Shown: piece by piece, positions 1-10,283 of the stretch
Position numbering within the stretch: the stretch's first letter is position 1
How the letters are laid out: every line of letters starts with the position of its first letter
Origin: a virus
Direction: 5' to 3' (one strand)
Length of the DNA: 64,000 bases
Virus record (IMG/VR): IMGVR_UViG_3300017783_004014
The notes under the pieces: generated by a model
Database searches by the model: none
What the model was told of the DNA's origin: nothing
Seen by the model: the letters and a program-made list of their open reading frames with translations, nothing else
Position numbers and translations under genes: made by a program

Positions 1-2
1 GT

Positions 3-2255
3 GAATATAATGTGACTACAGTAAATTACGAAACTCCAGTGAAAACTATACATTATACTTTAACAAAAACTACAACCTATTGGAGTGATGGAACAAATAC
101 TTCGGCTACTAAAACTAGTTTAGACAGTAAAAATACTGTAAATGAAACTAACAGTGAAGTATTTCGAGAACTTATTCGCGAATATGCTATTGTAATTGAA
201 CAGAATGAAGTAGTTGAAGAAGAAAATACAACAACAGCTCAGACTAGTATTCTCACTGTAGAAGAATATCTTGCACGTGATGATGTAGATTACACAGAAG
301 GTAGTGTGTATTATGATGCAGTTAAAAATGTTAACAGCAACATTAATGATGATTACACAAATAATGTTCTAGGAAAATACTATGGTAACAATCTAAAAAC
401 TATTGGAGCACCCGATGCTTGGGCAAGAGGCTACACTGGTTTAGGTTCTAAGATTGCAATCTTTGATACTGGTATTGATGTTGATAATACTGAGTTCGAA
501 GGTCGTATCGATGCAACCAAATGTTTTACAGGAATGTGTGAACAAGGCTATGAAACTATAGACGATGGACACAAGTGGTCGCACGGAACGCATGTTGCAG
601 GTATTGCCGCAGCGGCATTAGACGGAAAAGGCACAACAGGTGTTGCACCTGATGCAAACTTGCTTATTGGTAAACTTGCATACAATGGTGGATTCTATGA
701 CTTTGAAAAAGTAGATGAAGCAATTGGTTGGGCTGTTAACAACGGTGCAGATGTTATTAACATGAGCGCAGGTTCAAGAACAAACAATAGTTATAGAAAT
801 AGTTTAACAAAAATTGACACAGGTGTTTATATTAGTGATCACGAACACTATGGCAAGTACGGTTATAATCAGCTGTTCAAAGATGGTAATTACGGCAATG
901 ATATTATTGAAGCAATGAAAGGTCACGAAACAGTATTTGTACTTTCAGCAGGCAATGATAGACAATCAGTTGTAACACCAGAAGCACATATTGCAGTGAA
1001 CAGCGAAGTAGGTGATCGTGTGTTGGTTGTAGGTATGTATGATGCACGTAAGCAGGACATTAACAAGTGGAGTAATGCCGCAGGTACAGTATGTTTTGAA
1101 ACTAAAGCAGACGGCACTTGTGTAAACGATAGACGCATCAGTGATCAATATATTGTTGCTCCGGGTACTTGGGTTGCTGGTCCAGCAGACAACAATGAAT
1201 ACAAAACACTAACAGGAACTTCACAAGCGGCTCCACATGTTGCAGGTGCAGTTGCAATTGTACATCAAATGTGGCCACACATGACTGGTGATAATCTTGC
1301 AAAGTTGTTGCTTGATACAGCTAGCACAGATGAGTTTAAAAACTACAGTGTAGAACGACATGGGCAAGGTATGCTTGATCTTGAAGAAGCTACAAGTCCA
1401 CAAGGCGCACTTGGTATTCCAACTACAGGTCGTGTTAATGGTGGAACTGTAACAGTTAATAGTGGAACACTAGCAATGAGTGCAGGTTCTCTTGCATCAC
1501 TTGAAGAGGTAATGGTAATTGATGATTATGATCGTGACTTTTACTTTAACGCAAACAACATGATGGTTGTTAATGATACAAGAACTACAAGCACAGTTAA
1601 AGCGGCACAAGTAGGTGTTCAGCCAGATAATTATATTGGTTACACAGGTGGACAAATTGTTCCTATGCAAAACGTTGCTCTTGCTATTAACGATGATACA
1701 GGTGAAAGCACAATTGCAGTTAACTATGATGGGTTTACTTTGGGCATGCAAAATGAACGAGGTAGCTTCCTTGGTAATGTTGCAGACAGTGATATTATGC
1801 GTATCGATGGCGCCCAAACAACATACATAGGTTATCAATTTGATAACGGTAATTTGTTTGGTAACATGCAATTGGGCGCAACATCATTGGACGTTGATAG
1901 TTCAACTCTACTTAAGAGTGCAGATACATTAATGAGTTACAGTGCTTCTATTGGTGCAAAACAAACTGTAGGCAACAGTACATTTGGTGCTACAGTAAGT
2001 GTGCCAGTTACTATTACAAGTGGACATGGACACTTTGAAGTTGCTAGCAGTGTATCGTCAATGGGTAGTATTGATTATGAAAATAGTTCAAGCTCGCTTG
2101 CAACACAAAAGCAAGAAATTGACTATGGATTGTTTATAAATACAACACTTAGTGATTATACTAGCCTTGAAACATTTGCAGAAGTTAGAACAAACTATGC
2201 AGGCACAGCAGATGATACTGTAGAGTTTGGTTTAAACTATAGGGTAAACTTTTAA
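3..2255 (+). CDS. Subtilisin-like S8 serine protease with C-terminal outer-membrane beta-barrel-like domain (5' end outside window)
   Basis: Catalytic triad motifs IAIFDTGID, HGTHVAGI, GTSQAAPHVAG; oxyanion SAGND; C-terminal amphipathic beta-strands ending in GLNYRVNF; frame is open from position 3. Confidence 0.9.
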   Translation, partial: EYNVTTVNYETPVKTIHYTLTKTTTYWSDGTNTSATKTSLDSKNTVNETNSEVFRELIREYAIVIEQNEVVEEENTTTAQTSILTVEEYLARDDVDYTEGSVYYDAVKNVNSNINDDYTNNVLGKYYGNNLKTIGAPDAWARGYTGLGSKIAIFDTGIDVDNTEFEGRIDATKCFTGMCEQGYETIDDGHKWSHGTHVAGIAAAALDGKGTTGVAPDANLLIGKLAYNGGFYDFEKVDEAIGWAVNNGADVINMSAGSRTNNSYRNSLTKIDTGVYISDHEHYGKYGYNQLFKDGNYGNDIIEAMKGHETVFVLSAGNDRQSVVTPEAHIAVNSEVGDRVLVVGMYDARKQDINKWSNAAGTVCFETKADGTCVNDRRISDQYIVAPGTWVAGPADNNEYKTLTGTSQAAPHVAGAVAIVHQMWPHMTGDNLAKLLLDTASTDEFKNYSVERHGQGMLDLEEATSPQGALGIPTTGRVNGGTVTVNSGTLAMSAGSLASLEEVMVIDDYDRDFYFNANNMMVVNDTRTTSTVKAAQVGVQPDNYIGYTGGQIVPMQNVALAINDDTGESTIAVNYDGFTLGMQNERGSFLGNVADSDIMRIDGAQTTYIGYQFDNGNLFGNMQLGATSLDVDSSTLLKSADTLMSYSASIGAKQTVGNSTFGATVSVPVTITSGHGHFEVASSVSSMGSIDYENSSSSLATQKQEIDYGLFINTTLSDYTSLETFAEVRTNYAGTADDTVEFGLNYRVNF

Positions 2256-2827
2256 TGAATACAACATATAGATATTCAAGGGGCCGGTTAGAAGTTATTG
2301 CCGGCCCTATGTTTGCAGGTAAAAGCAGTGAACTTCTTAAAAGAATGCTTTTCCTAGAATACAGTGGAAAAAAGATTCTTTGTCTAAAGCCTGTAATTGA
2401 TGATAGATATGCTACAGATCAAATTGTCACACACAATAAACTAACACATGATGCAGTAGCAGTAATTGACTTGGAATTAGTTAAAGATAATTATACAATT
2501 AAACCATATAACTTTCATACAATCTTTATAGATGAGGTGCAGTTTTTTGATAACAAAGAGACATTATGGTTTGTAGAAGAATCACTAAGGAATGGCGTAA
2601 ACGTAGTAGCCGCAGGCCTTGACCAAGATAGTAGAGGTGTGCCTTTTGAAACTACAGCCCGCTTATTAGCAGTTGCAGATGAAGTATTTAAAATTACAGC
2701 GTTCTGTAATGTATGTGGTCAAACAGCAAGTAAAACACAACGACTGAGACACACTGGTGGTCGTGTTAATGTAGGTGGAGCAGAAACATATGAACCAAGA
2801 TGTCATGAACATTGGGAGAGTAAATAA
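2255..2827 (+). CDS. tdk: Thymidine kinase
   Basis: GPMFAGKSSELL Walker A, FIDEVQF Walker B, AGLDQD, Zn ligands CNVC...RCHEH. Confidence 0.95.
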   Translation: MNTTYRYSRGRLEVIAGPMFAGKSSELLKRMLFLEYSGKKILCLKPVIDDRYATDQIVTHNKLTHDAVAVIDLELVKDNYTIKPYNFHTIFIDEVQFFDNKETLWFVEESLRNGVNVVAAGLDQDSRGVPFETTARLLAVADEVFKITAFCNVCGQTASKTQRLRHTGGRVNVGGAETYEPRCHEHWESK

Positions 2828-3288
2828 TGCGTGTAAATATCGGTAAGTATCCTCAACATAGATTTTATCATAATTATTTGTATGATAAATTTGGTTATTC
2901 ACCTACTCAAAAAATTGATGTAAAAATAGACGAGTGGGATACATGGAACATGGATGAAACATTAGCACATATTGTTTTTCCTATGTTAAAACAATTAAAG
3001 AAAAAGAAACATTCATACCCATCTGATCTACCAAATGAAGAAGCATGGAACGAAATATTAGATAAGATAATATTTTCTTTTGACAGTAAGTTGCATGATT
3101 GGGAAGATCAATTCCATAGCGGTGAACAAGACGTAGTGTGGGTTGACAATCAAGATGGAACATCAAGTATGAAAAAAGGACCAAATGACACTTATAAAAT
3201 TGATACTGACGGCATGTCTAAATACCAATCCCGTATCAACGAAGGGTTCATATTATTCGGTAAATATTATGAACACCTATGGGACTAA
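2827..3288 (+). CDS. Hypothetical phage protein
   Basis: 153-aa ORF coupled to tdk (TAATG overlap); no catalytic motif recognised. Confidence 0.7.
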   Translation: MRVNIGKYPQHRFYHNYLYDKFGYSPTQKIDVKIDEWDTWNMDETLAHIVFPMLKQLKKKKHSYPSDLPNEEAWNEILDKIIFSFDSKLHDWEDQFHSGEQDVVWVDNQDGTSSMKKGPNDTYKIDTDGMSKYQSRINEGFILFGKYYEHLWD

Positions 3289-3296
3289 AATAAAGT

Positions 3297-4379
3297 ATGA
3301 AATGCTATTGGGCAGAACATCATGTTAGTATAGATAGTGAAGGAAAGTTTAGACCTTGTTGCACGTGGCGCAATATGGGCGATGAACCAGAAGTTACTAC
3401 TGTAGAAAAATATTTTGAAAGTGATTTTTATAAGAAATTAAATAAAAATCTCAGTGACAATCTTTGGCCCGAAGGTTGTGAAGACTGTATGGAACAAGAG
3501 TCCATAAAAAAATACAGTATGCGAACTGAAAAAGATGATATTTACGAAGTTAATCCCTTATGGAAAGATGCAGAAATAAAATTTGGTAATTTATGTAATC
3601 TTGGTTGTGTAATGTGTAGTCCTTATAATAGTAGTCTTATACAAGATGAATATATAAAGATGAAAGGACAGCATAAATTGTTTAATAGAACTGTTGACAT
3701 TAAAAGTAATTGGTTTAAAGACGAAGAGAATTTAAGAAGTATTGCTAGATCGTTGAGTGATAGAAATGAACTTCATTTTTCAGGTGGAGAGCCTACTGTG
3801 AATAATTACTTGAGAATTTTTTTAGATGAATTGATCAAAAATAATTGTAATGCTACTCTGCTTATTAGAACTAATGCTAATAATTGGCCAAGCAAAATGC
3901 ACGAACTTATGAAGCAGTTCAAAACAAAAATAAGTATTAGCATAGATGCTCACGGTAATGAAAATGAATATATTAGATGGCCAAGTAAGTGGGATAAAAC
4001 TGAAAGAAATGTGTCTAAAATTCTTTCATTACCTAACACACAAGTTAAATTAAATCCAACAGTAGCCGCATACAATGTTCATTTATTACCTAAACTATAC
4101 GACTGGGCTGTAAATATTGGTATACAAAGATATAACTTTGATAGTGTATACCAGCCATATGTATTTGCAGCAAACCACAGTGAACAATGGCAAAAAGATA
4201 TTTACAAAGACTTTGCAAATAACTATAAACATCCTTTAGGAATTGATTATAACAACGAAGGCCCACACAAAGTTATTAATCATGTAATGAAAAAAGGAAA
4301 AGGTCTACAAGAAGCAATTGACTTTTTGAAAATATTAGACTATAATAGAAAGACAGACTATAAGGTGTTGGGCATATAA
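3297..4379 (+). CDS. Radical SAM protein with N-terminal twitch domain
   Basis: N-terminal C...GKFRPCC...CEDC..SMR; CNLGCVMC; FSGGEP. Confidence 0.9.
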   Translation: MKCYWAEHHVSIDSEGKFRPCCTWRNMGDEPEVTTVEKYFESDFYKKLNKNLSDNLWPEGCEDCMEQESIKKYSMRTEKDDIYEVNPLWKDAEIKFGNLCNLGCVMCSPYNSSLIQDEYIKMKGQHKLFNRTVDIKSNWFKDEENLRSIARSLSDRNELHFSGGEPTVNNYLRIFLDELIKNNCNATLLIRTNANNWPSKMHELMKQFKTKISISIDAHGNENEYIRWPSKWDKTERNVSKILSLPNTQVKLNPTVAAYNVHLLPKLYDWAVNIGIQRYNFDSVYQPYVFAANHSEQWQKDIYKDFANNYKHPLGIDYNNEGPHKVINHVMKKGKGLQEAIDFLKILDYNRKTDYKVLGI

Positions 4380-4397
4380 AAATTATGGAGTGCAAAA

Positions 4398-4679
4398 ATG
4401 AATTATAAAAAAACTGGAGAAAACAGTTGGCTTATTACAGTACAAGAAAACGGTACAACAAAGGAGTTATTTGTAGAATTTCCACCAGATGCACTTGACC
4501 AAGTTGGATGGGATGTTGGCGATACTCTTATATGGGAAGAATTAGATCACGGCGGTTGGAGTGTTAAAAAGAAAAATAAACCTACAAAAGAATATCCTGT
4601 AGATGATGAATTAACCAAAGGCACAAGGATGGATGATGCCTGGTATTACTTTAGGAAAGATGAAAACAATGACAAATAA
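4398..4679 (+). CDS. AbrB/MazE-like small protein
   Basis: LFVEFPPDALDQVGWDVGDTLIW resembles the swapped-hairpin pattern. Confidence 0.5.
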   Translation: MNYKKTGENSWLITVQENGTTKELFVEFPPDALDQVGWDVGDTLIWEELDHGGWSVKKKNKPTKEYPVDDELTKGTRMDDAWYYFRKDENNDK

Positions 4680-5058
4680 TGCTTGGCAACTAACACAAGG
4701 TACCACAATAGATAAACCAGACCCAGAACCAGAACGTTACTATGATTGGATGTTGTGGAAAACAAGACAAGAAAATAAAAAAGAACAAGTTGATGCAAAA
4801 GAAATTCTCAATCAAATGATGTATGTGACAGCAGAAGAATGTGGAGAGCTGGTGCAAGCATGTATGAAAATAGCAAGGTGGGGCATAGATAAAAAGAAAC
4901 ACACCAACTTGTTAGAAGAAGCAGGCGATGTTAAATGTATGCTAGACTTAATGATTGATAATGGTATTTTTACAAAAGAAGAATTAAAAGATGCGGCAAA
5001 ACATAAAAAGAATAAACTAAAACGTTATACGCCGATTATAGTAAAAGGAAATAAGTAA
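4669..5058 (+). CDS. MazG-like nucleotide pyrophosphohydrolase
   Basis: AEECGELVQA...LLEEAGDV acidic helical motif; start placed at ATG 4669 after AGGAAAG. Confidence 0.8.
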   Translation: MTNNAWQLTQGTTIDKPDPEPERYYDWMLWKTRQENKKEQVDAKEILNQMMYVTAEECGELVQACMKIARWGIDKKKHTNLLEEAGDVKCMLDLMIDNGIFTKEELKDAAKHKKNKLKRYTPIIVKGNK

Positions 5059-6443
5059 TGACAAAAGCATTAGTATTGCTTAAAAATGATAGTAAAAAAT
5101 TAAAAAAACGTTTAGGTGCTGAACTTGCAAAGCGTTTAGAATCTGCTACACCAAACAAAGGATTAATTAATCCTAATTATGCACACCCTGACTGGGATTA
5201 TATTACAGTTGCTGATCGTGAGATTACAGATGAGAAATCTGCACGTGAGTTTGGTGGCGATATGTATACAAGATTCAAAGACAAAGTTAAAGAACTTGAA
5301 ATTGATATTGATAGTAAGTTTGTCAATGATATTCAAGAAGGTGTAGCTATGGCTGGATATGTGTTTCAGCGTTATAAAACAGCACCAAATGATCCTAAAA
5401 TTTGGTTTGAAAAAGTAAATGTAGTCGGTGCAGATGATTATGGAATTTATGATGGTATTGAGCTTGCACGTGATTTAGTAAGCGAACCCGGTAACAAGTT
5501 GTTTCCTGCAGAATATGCACGTAGGGCAACAGTAGAACTAACTAATCTAGGAGTAACTGTAAAAGTATATCACGAAGCACAGTTACGAGATATGGGTTTT
5601 AACCTACTTTTAAGCGTTGGACAAGGCTCAACTAAAGATAGTTATGTAGTTGTAATGGAATATATGAATGGTAAGGACGAGCGTCCACTTGCACTAGTAG
5701 GCAAAGGTGTAACGTTTGACACCGGCGGTATTAGCCTAAAGCCAAGCAAAGGTATGGGCGATATGAAATACGACATGGGTGGTAGTGCCGCAGTTGTTGG
5801 TGCTATGCATGCAATTGCAAGCAACAATGTAAAAAGAAACGTAGTTGGTATTATTGGTCTTGTAGAAAACATGCCAGATGGTAATGCAATCAAGCCAGGA
5901 GATGTTGTAAAATCTCTGTCAGGTAAGACTGTAGAAAATCTAAATACAGATGCAGAAGGCAGATTAGTGCTTGCTGATATTTTACATTATGTGCAAGAAG
6001 AATATAATCCAGACACAGTAATTGATCTTGCTACACTCACAGGTGCTATTCTAGTATCGTTAGGTCACGAAATGGCAGGATTGTTTACTAACTCAACTGA
6101 GCTAGAAAAGATTATTGTTGATGCAGGTAAAAAAGCTGGAGAAGGTTTTTATCGTATGCCAATGGGTGAGAATTGGAACAAAATGATTAACAGTGATATT
6201 GCTGATATGCAAAACATTGGTGGTCCATATGGCGGCTCAACTACAGCCGCAGAATTCTTATACAGGTTTGTAGATAATGAACGTGCATTTGCACATTTAG
6301 ATATAGCAGGCATGGCATGGGCAGACACACCAAACTCGGTTACTCCAAAAGGTGCTATGGGATTTGGTGTTCGTACACTTTATAATATTGCTAAAACAAA
6401 AGGTGTACAAGGACTTGCCATTGATGAGGATATGAAATACTGA
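5058..6443 (+). CDS. pepA: Leucyl aminopeptidase (M17)
   Basis: GKGVTFDTGG, MKYDMGG, NTDAEGRL, DLATLTGA, AHLDIAG. Confidence 0.95.
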   Translation: MTKALVLLKNDSKKLKKRLGAELAKRLESATPNKGLINPNYAHPDWDYITVADREITDEKSAREFGGDMYTRFKDKVKELEIDIDSKFVNDIQEGVAMAGYVFQRYKTAPNDPKIWFEKVNVVGADDYGIYDGIELARDLVSEPGNKLFPAEYARRATVELTNLGVTVKVYHEAQLRDMGFNLLLSVGQGSTKDSYVVVMEYMNGKDERPLALVGKGVTFDTGGISLKPSKGMGDMKYDMGGSAAVVGAMHAIASNNVKRNVVGIIGLVENMPDGNAIKPGDVVKSLSGKTVENLNTDAEGRLVLADILHYVQEEYNPDTVIDLATLTGAILVSLGHEMAGLFTNSTELEKIIVDAGKKAGEGFYRMPMGENWNKMINSDIADMQNIGGPYGGSTTAAEFLYRFVDNERAFAHLDIAGMAWADTPNSVTPKGAMGFGVRTLYNIAKTKGVQGLAIDEDMKY

Positions 6444-7213
6444 TGGGAAAAACAATAGCAGTATTTGGATGTGGATTTGTAGGTGGGACAGTTGCTGACT
6501 TTCTTATGGCAAGTGGCATTAATGTAATAAAGATTGACCCTAAGTATTATCCTACAAATGATCCTATGGATGCAATATTTGACAGTGATGGTATTATAAT
6601 TTGTGTTCCAACACCTCCATATTCTGACGGTAGTTGTGACGATAGTATTGTAAAAGAAATATTATCTATGTGTGATTATAGAACTAAAATTTTAGTTAAG
6701 TCAACAGTCACACCTGATAATATTCAACACTACGATACAAATGTAATTTACAATCCAGAGTTTTTACGTGAAGAACATGCACGTGATGATTTTGCAAATC
6801 AAAATGTGCAAATATTTGGACATCATGATCATAATATAGAAGATGCACATTGGTGGGCAGATTTGTTTAGTGAGTGTCATAAACAAGATATAGAAACTAT
6901 TTTTACAAATAGACGAACAGCAAGTATGATCAAGTATACACATAATGCGTTCTTAGCCACAAAGGTAGCATGGTTTCATGAGTTGTATGCAAACTTACCA
7001 CCTGAGGTAGATTACAATACATTAATTAACAGTTTAGGTTGTTTTAAGCGTATAGGCAAAAGTCATATGCAAGCACCTAACAGTCAAGGCAAACTAGGAT
7101 ATGGTGGTGCATGTTTTCCTAAAGACGTAAAAGCCTTGACAAATATACTAGATCATAGTATATTAAAGTATGTTGATAAAGTAAATACTAATTTCGGAGA
7201 GAAAAATGATTAA
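6443..7213 (+). CDS. UDP-glucose/GDP-mannose dehydrogenase-like protein lacking the C-terminal domain
   Basis: GCGFVG Rossmann motif, ICVPTP, KSTV, YNPEFLRE, GYGGACFPKD. Confidence 0.85.
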   Translation: MGKTIAVFGCGFVGGTVADFLMASGINVIKIDPKYYPTNDPMDAIFDSDGIIICVPTPPYSDGSCDDSIVKEILSMCDYRTKILVKSTVTPDNIQHYDTNVIYNPEFLREEHARDDFANQNVQIFGHHDHNIEDAHWWADLFSECHKQDIETIFTNRRTASMIKYTHNAFLATKVAWFHELYANLPPEVDYNTLINSLGCFKRIGKSHMQAPNSQGKLGYGGACFPKDVKALTNILDHSILKYVDKVNTNFGEKND

Positions 7214-7691
7214 AGATATGAAGTATGGAATCGCATTATGTGTAGGAATTATATCCATTGTAGCTGCAAGTGGTGCATTTGCAGATCATGATAAAGTTCG
7301 TGTTATCAGTATGATTGATGAGTACAACAACAGAACAGTTTATACTGATAATCCTGTAAGATCTTGTAGAGATGTAGATGTTCCCATATACTCTCAAAAC
7401 AAAGGTGGTGACGACTTGGGTGCATTCCTAGGTGGTGCTATTATTGGTGGAGTAATTGGAAATCAAATTGGTGATAGTAAAGGCAACGGTGCATTAGGTG
7501 CATTACTAGGCGGTGCTATTGCTAATGAAAGCCAAAAGAAAAAAGGATCATCTAACATTGTAGGTTACAAACGTGAACGCATTTGTGAAACTACAGTAAC
7601 AAAAGAAAGACAGATTATTCGTGAATACATGTATTCTACAATGAAATTTGAATACGAAGGTCGTGTTTATTCTGTGAGATTCCAACGATGA
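7206..7691 (+). CDS. Glycine-zipper 2TM secreted/membrane protein
   Basis: Signal peptide; GAFLGGAIIGGVIGNQIG...GALGALLGGAIA. Confidence 0.8.
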   Translation: MIKDMKYGIALCVGIISIVAASGAFADHDKVRVISMIDEYNNRTVYTDNPVRSCRDVDVPIYSQNKGGDDLGAFLGGAIIGGVIGNQIGDSKGNGALGALLGGAIANESQKKKGSSNIVGYKRERICETTVTKERQIIREYMYSTMKFEYEGRVYSVRFQR

Positions 7692-8581
7692 AGCTTAGAT
7701 ACAGCGAAGCATTTTATAGCGTACAAGGTGAAGGTAGATTTGTAGGAGTGCCTAGTGTATTCCTACGTACCTTTGGTTGTAACTTTCGTTGTATGAATTT
7801 TGGTGTAGACACTGAAAAAGATCGTTGGCAACAGCATGCAGAAGGACAAAGGTATAATGCAGAGGTAAAAGGTTTAATAGATGCTGGTGTACACAAGCAA
7901 GATATTCCTTTTGAAGATCTTCCTATTGTTCATACAGGGTGCGATACTTATGCAAGTATCTATCCTGAGTTTAAACATTTTAACAGACAAGCAGGCGTAG
8001 AAGAAGTTGTTGATCATTTGTTAAGCCTAACACCGCAAGGTAGATGGACACAAACTGATGGACAAGATATACATTTGATTATAACAGGTGGCGAACCTTT
8101 ACTTGCTTGGCAAAAACTATATGTGGAGTTGTTTGAGCATCCACGTATGCAAGACTTAAAAAATATAACATTCGAAACAAATACCACACAGCTTCTCAAA
8201 GATGACTTTTTTAATTATTTAAATAATCAAGATAGATTTGAAGTAACATGGAGTTGTAGTCCTAAACTTAAAGTAAGTGGAGAGACATGGGAAAGTGCAG
8301 TCAAACCAGATGTTGCAGAACAATATAGTTTAGTAGATAATAGTTATCAATATTTTAAATTTGTTGTTCAATCACAAGAAGACTTTAATGAAGTAGAACG
8401 TGTTGTTGAAACATATAAACAAGCTGGTGTGTCGTGCCCAGTCTATTTAATGCCTTTAGGAGGCCGTAGTGAAGAATATAATCTTAATGTTAAAGAAGTT
8501 GCAGAAGCTTGTATGGAAAGAGGATGGAGATTCTCCCCAAGACTCCACATTAGCTTATTCGGAAATGCCTGGGGAACTTGA
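7688..8581 (+). CDS. queE: 7-carboxy-7-deazaguanine synthase (QueE-like radical SAM)
   Basis: EAFYSVQGEG, VFLRTFGCNFRC, GCDT, ITGGEP, FETN, SPKL, YLMP, RFSPRLH. Confidence 0.88.
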   Translation: MKLRYSEAFYSVQGEGRFVGVPSVFLRTFGCNFRCMNFGVDTEKDRWQQHAEGQRYNAEVKGLIDAGVHKQDIPFEDLPIVHTGCDTYASIYPEFKHFNRQAGVEEVVDHLLSLTPQGRWTQTDGQDIHLIITGGEPLLAWQKLYVELFEHPRMQDLKNITFETNTTQLLKDDFFNYLNNQDRFEVTWSCSPKLKVSGETWESAVKPDVAEQYSLVDNSYQYFKFVVQSQEDFNEVERVVETYKQAGVSCPVYLMPLGGRSEEYNLNVKEVAEACMERGWRFSPRLHISLFGNAWGT

Positions 8582-8684
8582 TAAGTTTAAAGAAATCAAA
8601 TACACACAGGAACAAAAAGAACGTTTAGAAAAGGCTATGAACGCTCCAATAGATCACGAAGCTCTTAGAAAAACGGGATTATGA
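8565..8684 (+). CDS. Small hypothetical protein (39 aa)
   Basis: Fills the gap between queE and the methyltransferase with overlapping start and stop codons. Confidence 0.35.
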   Translation: MPGELDKFKEIKYTQEQKERLEKAMNAPIDHEALRKTGL

Positions 8685-9793
8685 TTAATAAGATTTATGA
8701 CTTTTGGGGTATAAAACCCGAGCATGTATTTGGTGACGAGTTTACTGGATACGAAGATTTATATCCTGAATTTGATAAATTTACAAAAGAAGTATACAAT
8801 GAAGATCCCGAGAATACTATTGATTCTGTTTTTAACTTATATCGTCTTCGAAATCTGGTACCTATCATATATTACACAGAACAAGGAATCGACAAAGCAG
8901 TTAGGAACTTTAGAGCTGGAAATTATAACAGTGTGCAGGCTGGAAGACTTGGACTCGGAAACAATTCAGGACAAACAATTAACAGATTTGTCTTTACCAA
9001 TATGCAAACAGCAGAACCAAAAGGAAGAGGTTCAAACTCATTAAAGGATAGATTTTATAATGATGCAAAATTACGTAGAGCTATAAGAATATGTTTTGAG
9101 TTCCGTGATGGTAATCATTTAGTTTATCCTACAGCAATGCGTAGAGCGTTAGAACTAGTAACAGGAGAGAATGTTACTAATTTTAAAGCACAAAATGCAA
9201 GAGCTATAGCAGAACATCTATGCCCTGTACTATGGGGCAGAGTTTATGATTACAGTTGTGGATACGGAGGCAGACTTTTAGGCATAAGTAGTAGTAACAT
9301 GGGTTATACCTATATAGGAACAGATCCTAATACAGAAACACATGCATATCTAAAATATTTAAATACTTTTCTTAATAGTAATAGTGAAATTATATGTAAC
9401 ACCAGTGAAGAATACCAATGCGAAAATATTGACTTAGCATTTAGCTCTCCACCGTATTTCAATTTAGAAAAGTATTCAAATGAACCTACACAATGTATGG
9501 TTAAATTCACTACACTAGAAGATTGGTTTGAAGGTTATGCCTTACCAACAATTAAAAACATTCATAAAGGACTTAACGAAGATGGAATCTTTGCTACAAA
9601 CATCGCTGACTATAAAAGCTATGGTAGCAAGGAATACGCAGTAGTAGATGACTGGATTAAGTTGGCAGAAAAAGTTGGCTTCAAACATGTTGATACTATT
9701 AAAATGATATTGAATACTCGTCCTGGAGTTGGAAATGATAAATTAGCAGGACGAGAAAAATGGGAAGGTGTATATGTATTTAAAAAGGAGTAA
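8681..9793 (+). CDS. DNA amino-methyltransferase (N4-C/N6-A type)
   Basis: YDYSCGYGGRLLG SAM motif and FSSPPYF catalytic motif. Confidence 0.8.
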   Translation: MINKIYDFWGIKPEHVFGDEFTGYEDLYPEFDKFTKEVYNEDPENTIDSVFNLYRLRNLVPIIYYTEQGIDKAVRNFRAGNYNSVQAGRLGLGNNSGQTINRFVFTNMQTAEPKGRGSNSLKDRFYNDAKLRRAIRICFEFRDGNHLVYPTAMRRALELVTGENVTNFKAQNARAIAEHLCPVLWGRVYDYSCGYGGRLLGISSSNMGYTYIGTDPNTETHAYLKYLNTFLNSNSEIICNTSEEYQCENIDLAFSSPPYFNLEKYSNEPTQCMVKFTTLEDWFEGYALPTIKNIHKGLNEDGIFATNIADYKSYGSKEYAVVDDWIKLAEKVGFKHVDTIKMILNTRPGVGNDKLAGREKWEGVYVFKKE

Positions 9794-9796
9794 TCA

Positions 9797-10135
9797 ATGA
9801 AGTATGTTATAGATATAGACGGAACAATATGTAAAGAAGTTATTATTCCAGACAGTGGAGGTAAAAAAGATTATGCCAACCACATACCAATGCCAGAACG
9901 CATTGCAAAAATAAACGCATTGTACGATGCAGGACACACAATCAAATACATGACTGCAAGAGGTTGTGTTAGTGGTGTAGACTATTATAACTTAACAAAC
10001 AACCAACTAATCGAATGGGGTGCTAAGTTTCATGAACTAAGCGTAGGCAAAAAAGAAAACTACGATATTTGGATTGACGACAAAGCATTTTGGAGTGAAA
10101 ACTTTTTTAGAGAAACAGGAGAAAGTTATGAGTAA
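9797..10135 (+). CDS. Small HAD-family phosphatase (capsule-biosynthesis type)
   Basis: IDIDGTIC motif I, YMTARG motif II, IWIDDKA motif IV. Confidence 0.8.
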   Translation: MKYVIDIDGTICKEVIIPDSGGKKDYANHIPMPERIAKINALYDAGHTIKYMTARGCVSGVDYYNLTNNQLIEWGAKFHELSVGKKENYDIWIDDKAFWSENFFRETGESYE

Positions 10136-10283
10136 ATATTTTCCTTATATTTTTTGGAGTATGTTAGCAATTGCGCTGGTGCTATCGTTTAAAGCAGCAG
10201 ACGAAATAGAAAATAGACTAACTAGCATAGAAAAAAACTTAGATAAAATGCAATCTGCATTGGAAGAAATGCCAAAAAAATGA
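10128..10283 (+). CDS. Small membrane protein
   Basis: N-terminal hydrophobic segment then a coiled coil; ATG 10128 follows GGAG. Confidence 0.5.
   Translation: MSKYFPYIFWSMLAIALVLSFKAADEIENRLTSIEKNLDKMQSALEEMPKK

Noticed and set aside
2135-2142. TATAAATA inside the subtilase gene and similar intragenic hits
   Set aside because: An 8-mer of only A and T is expected many times by chance at this composition; only intergenic, co-oriented copies were kept
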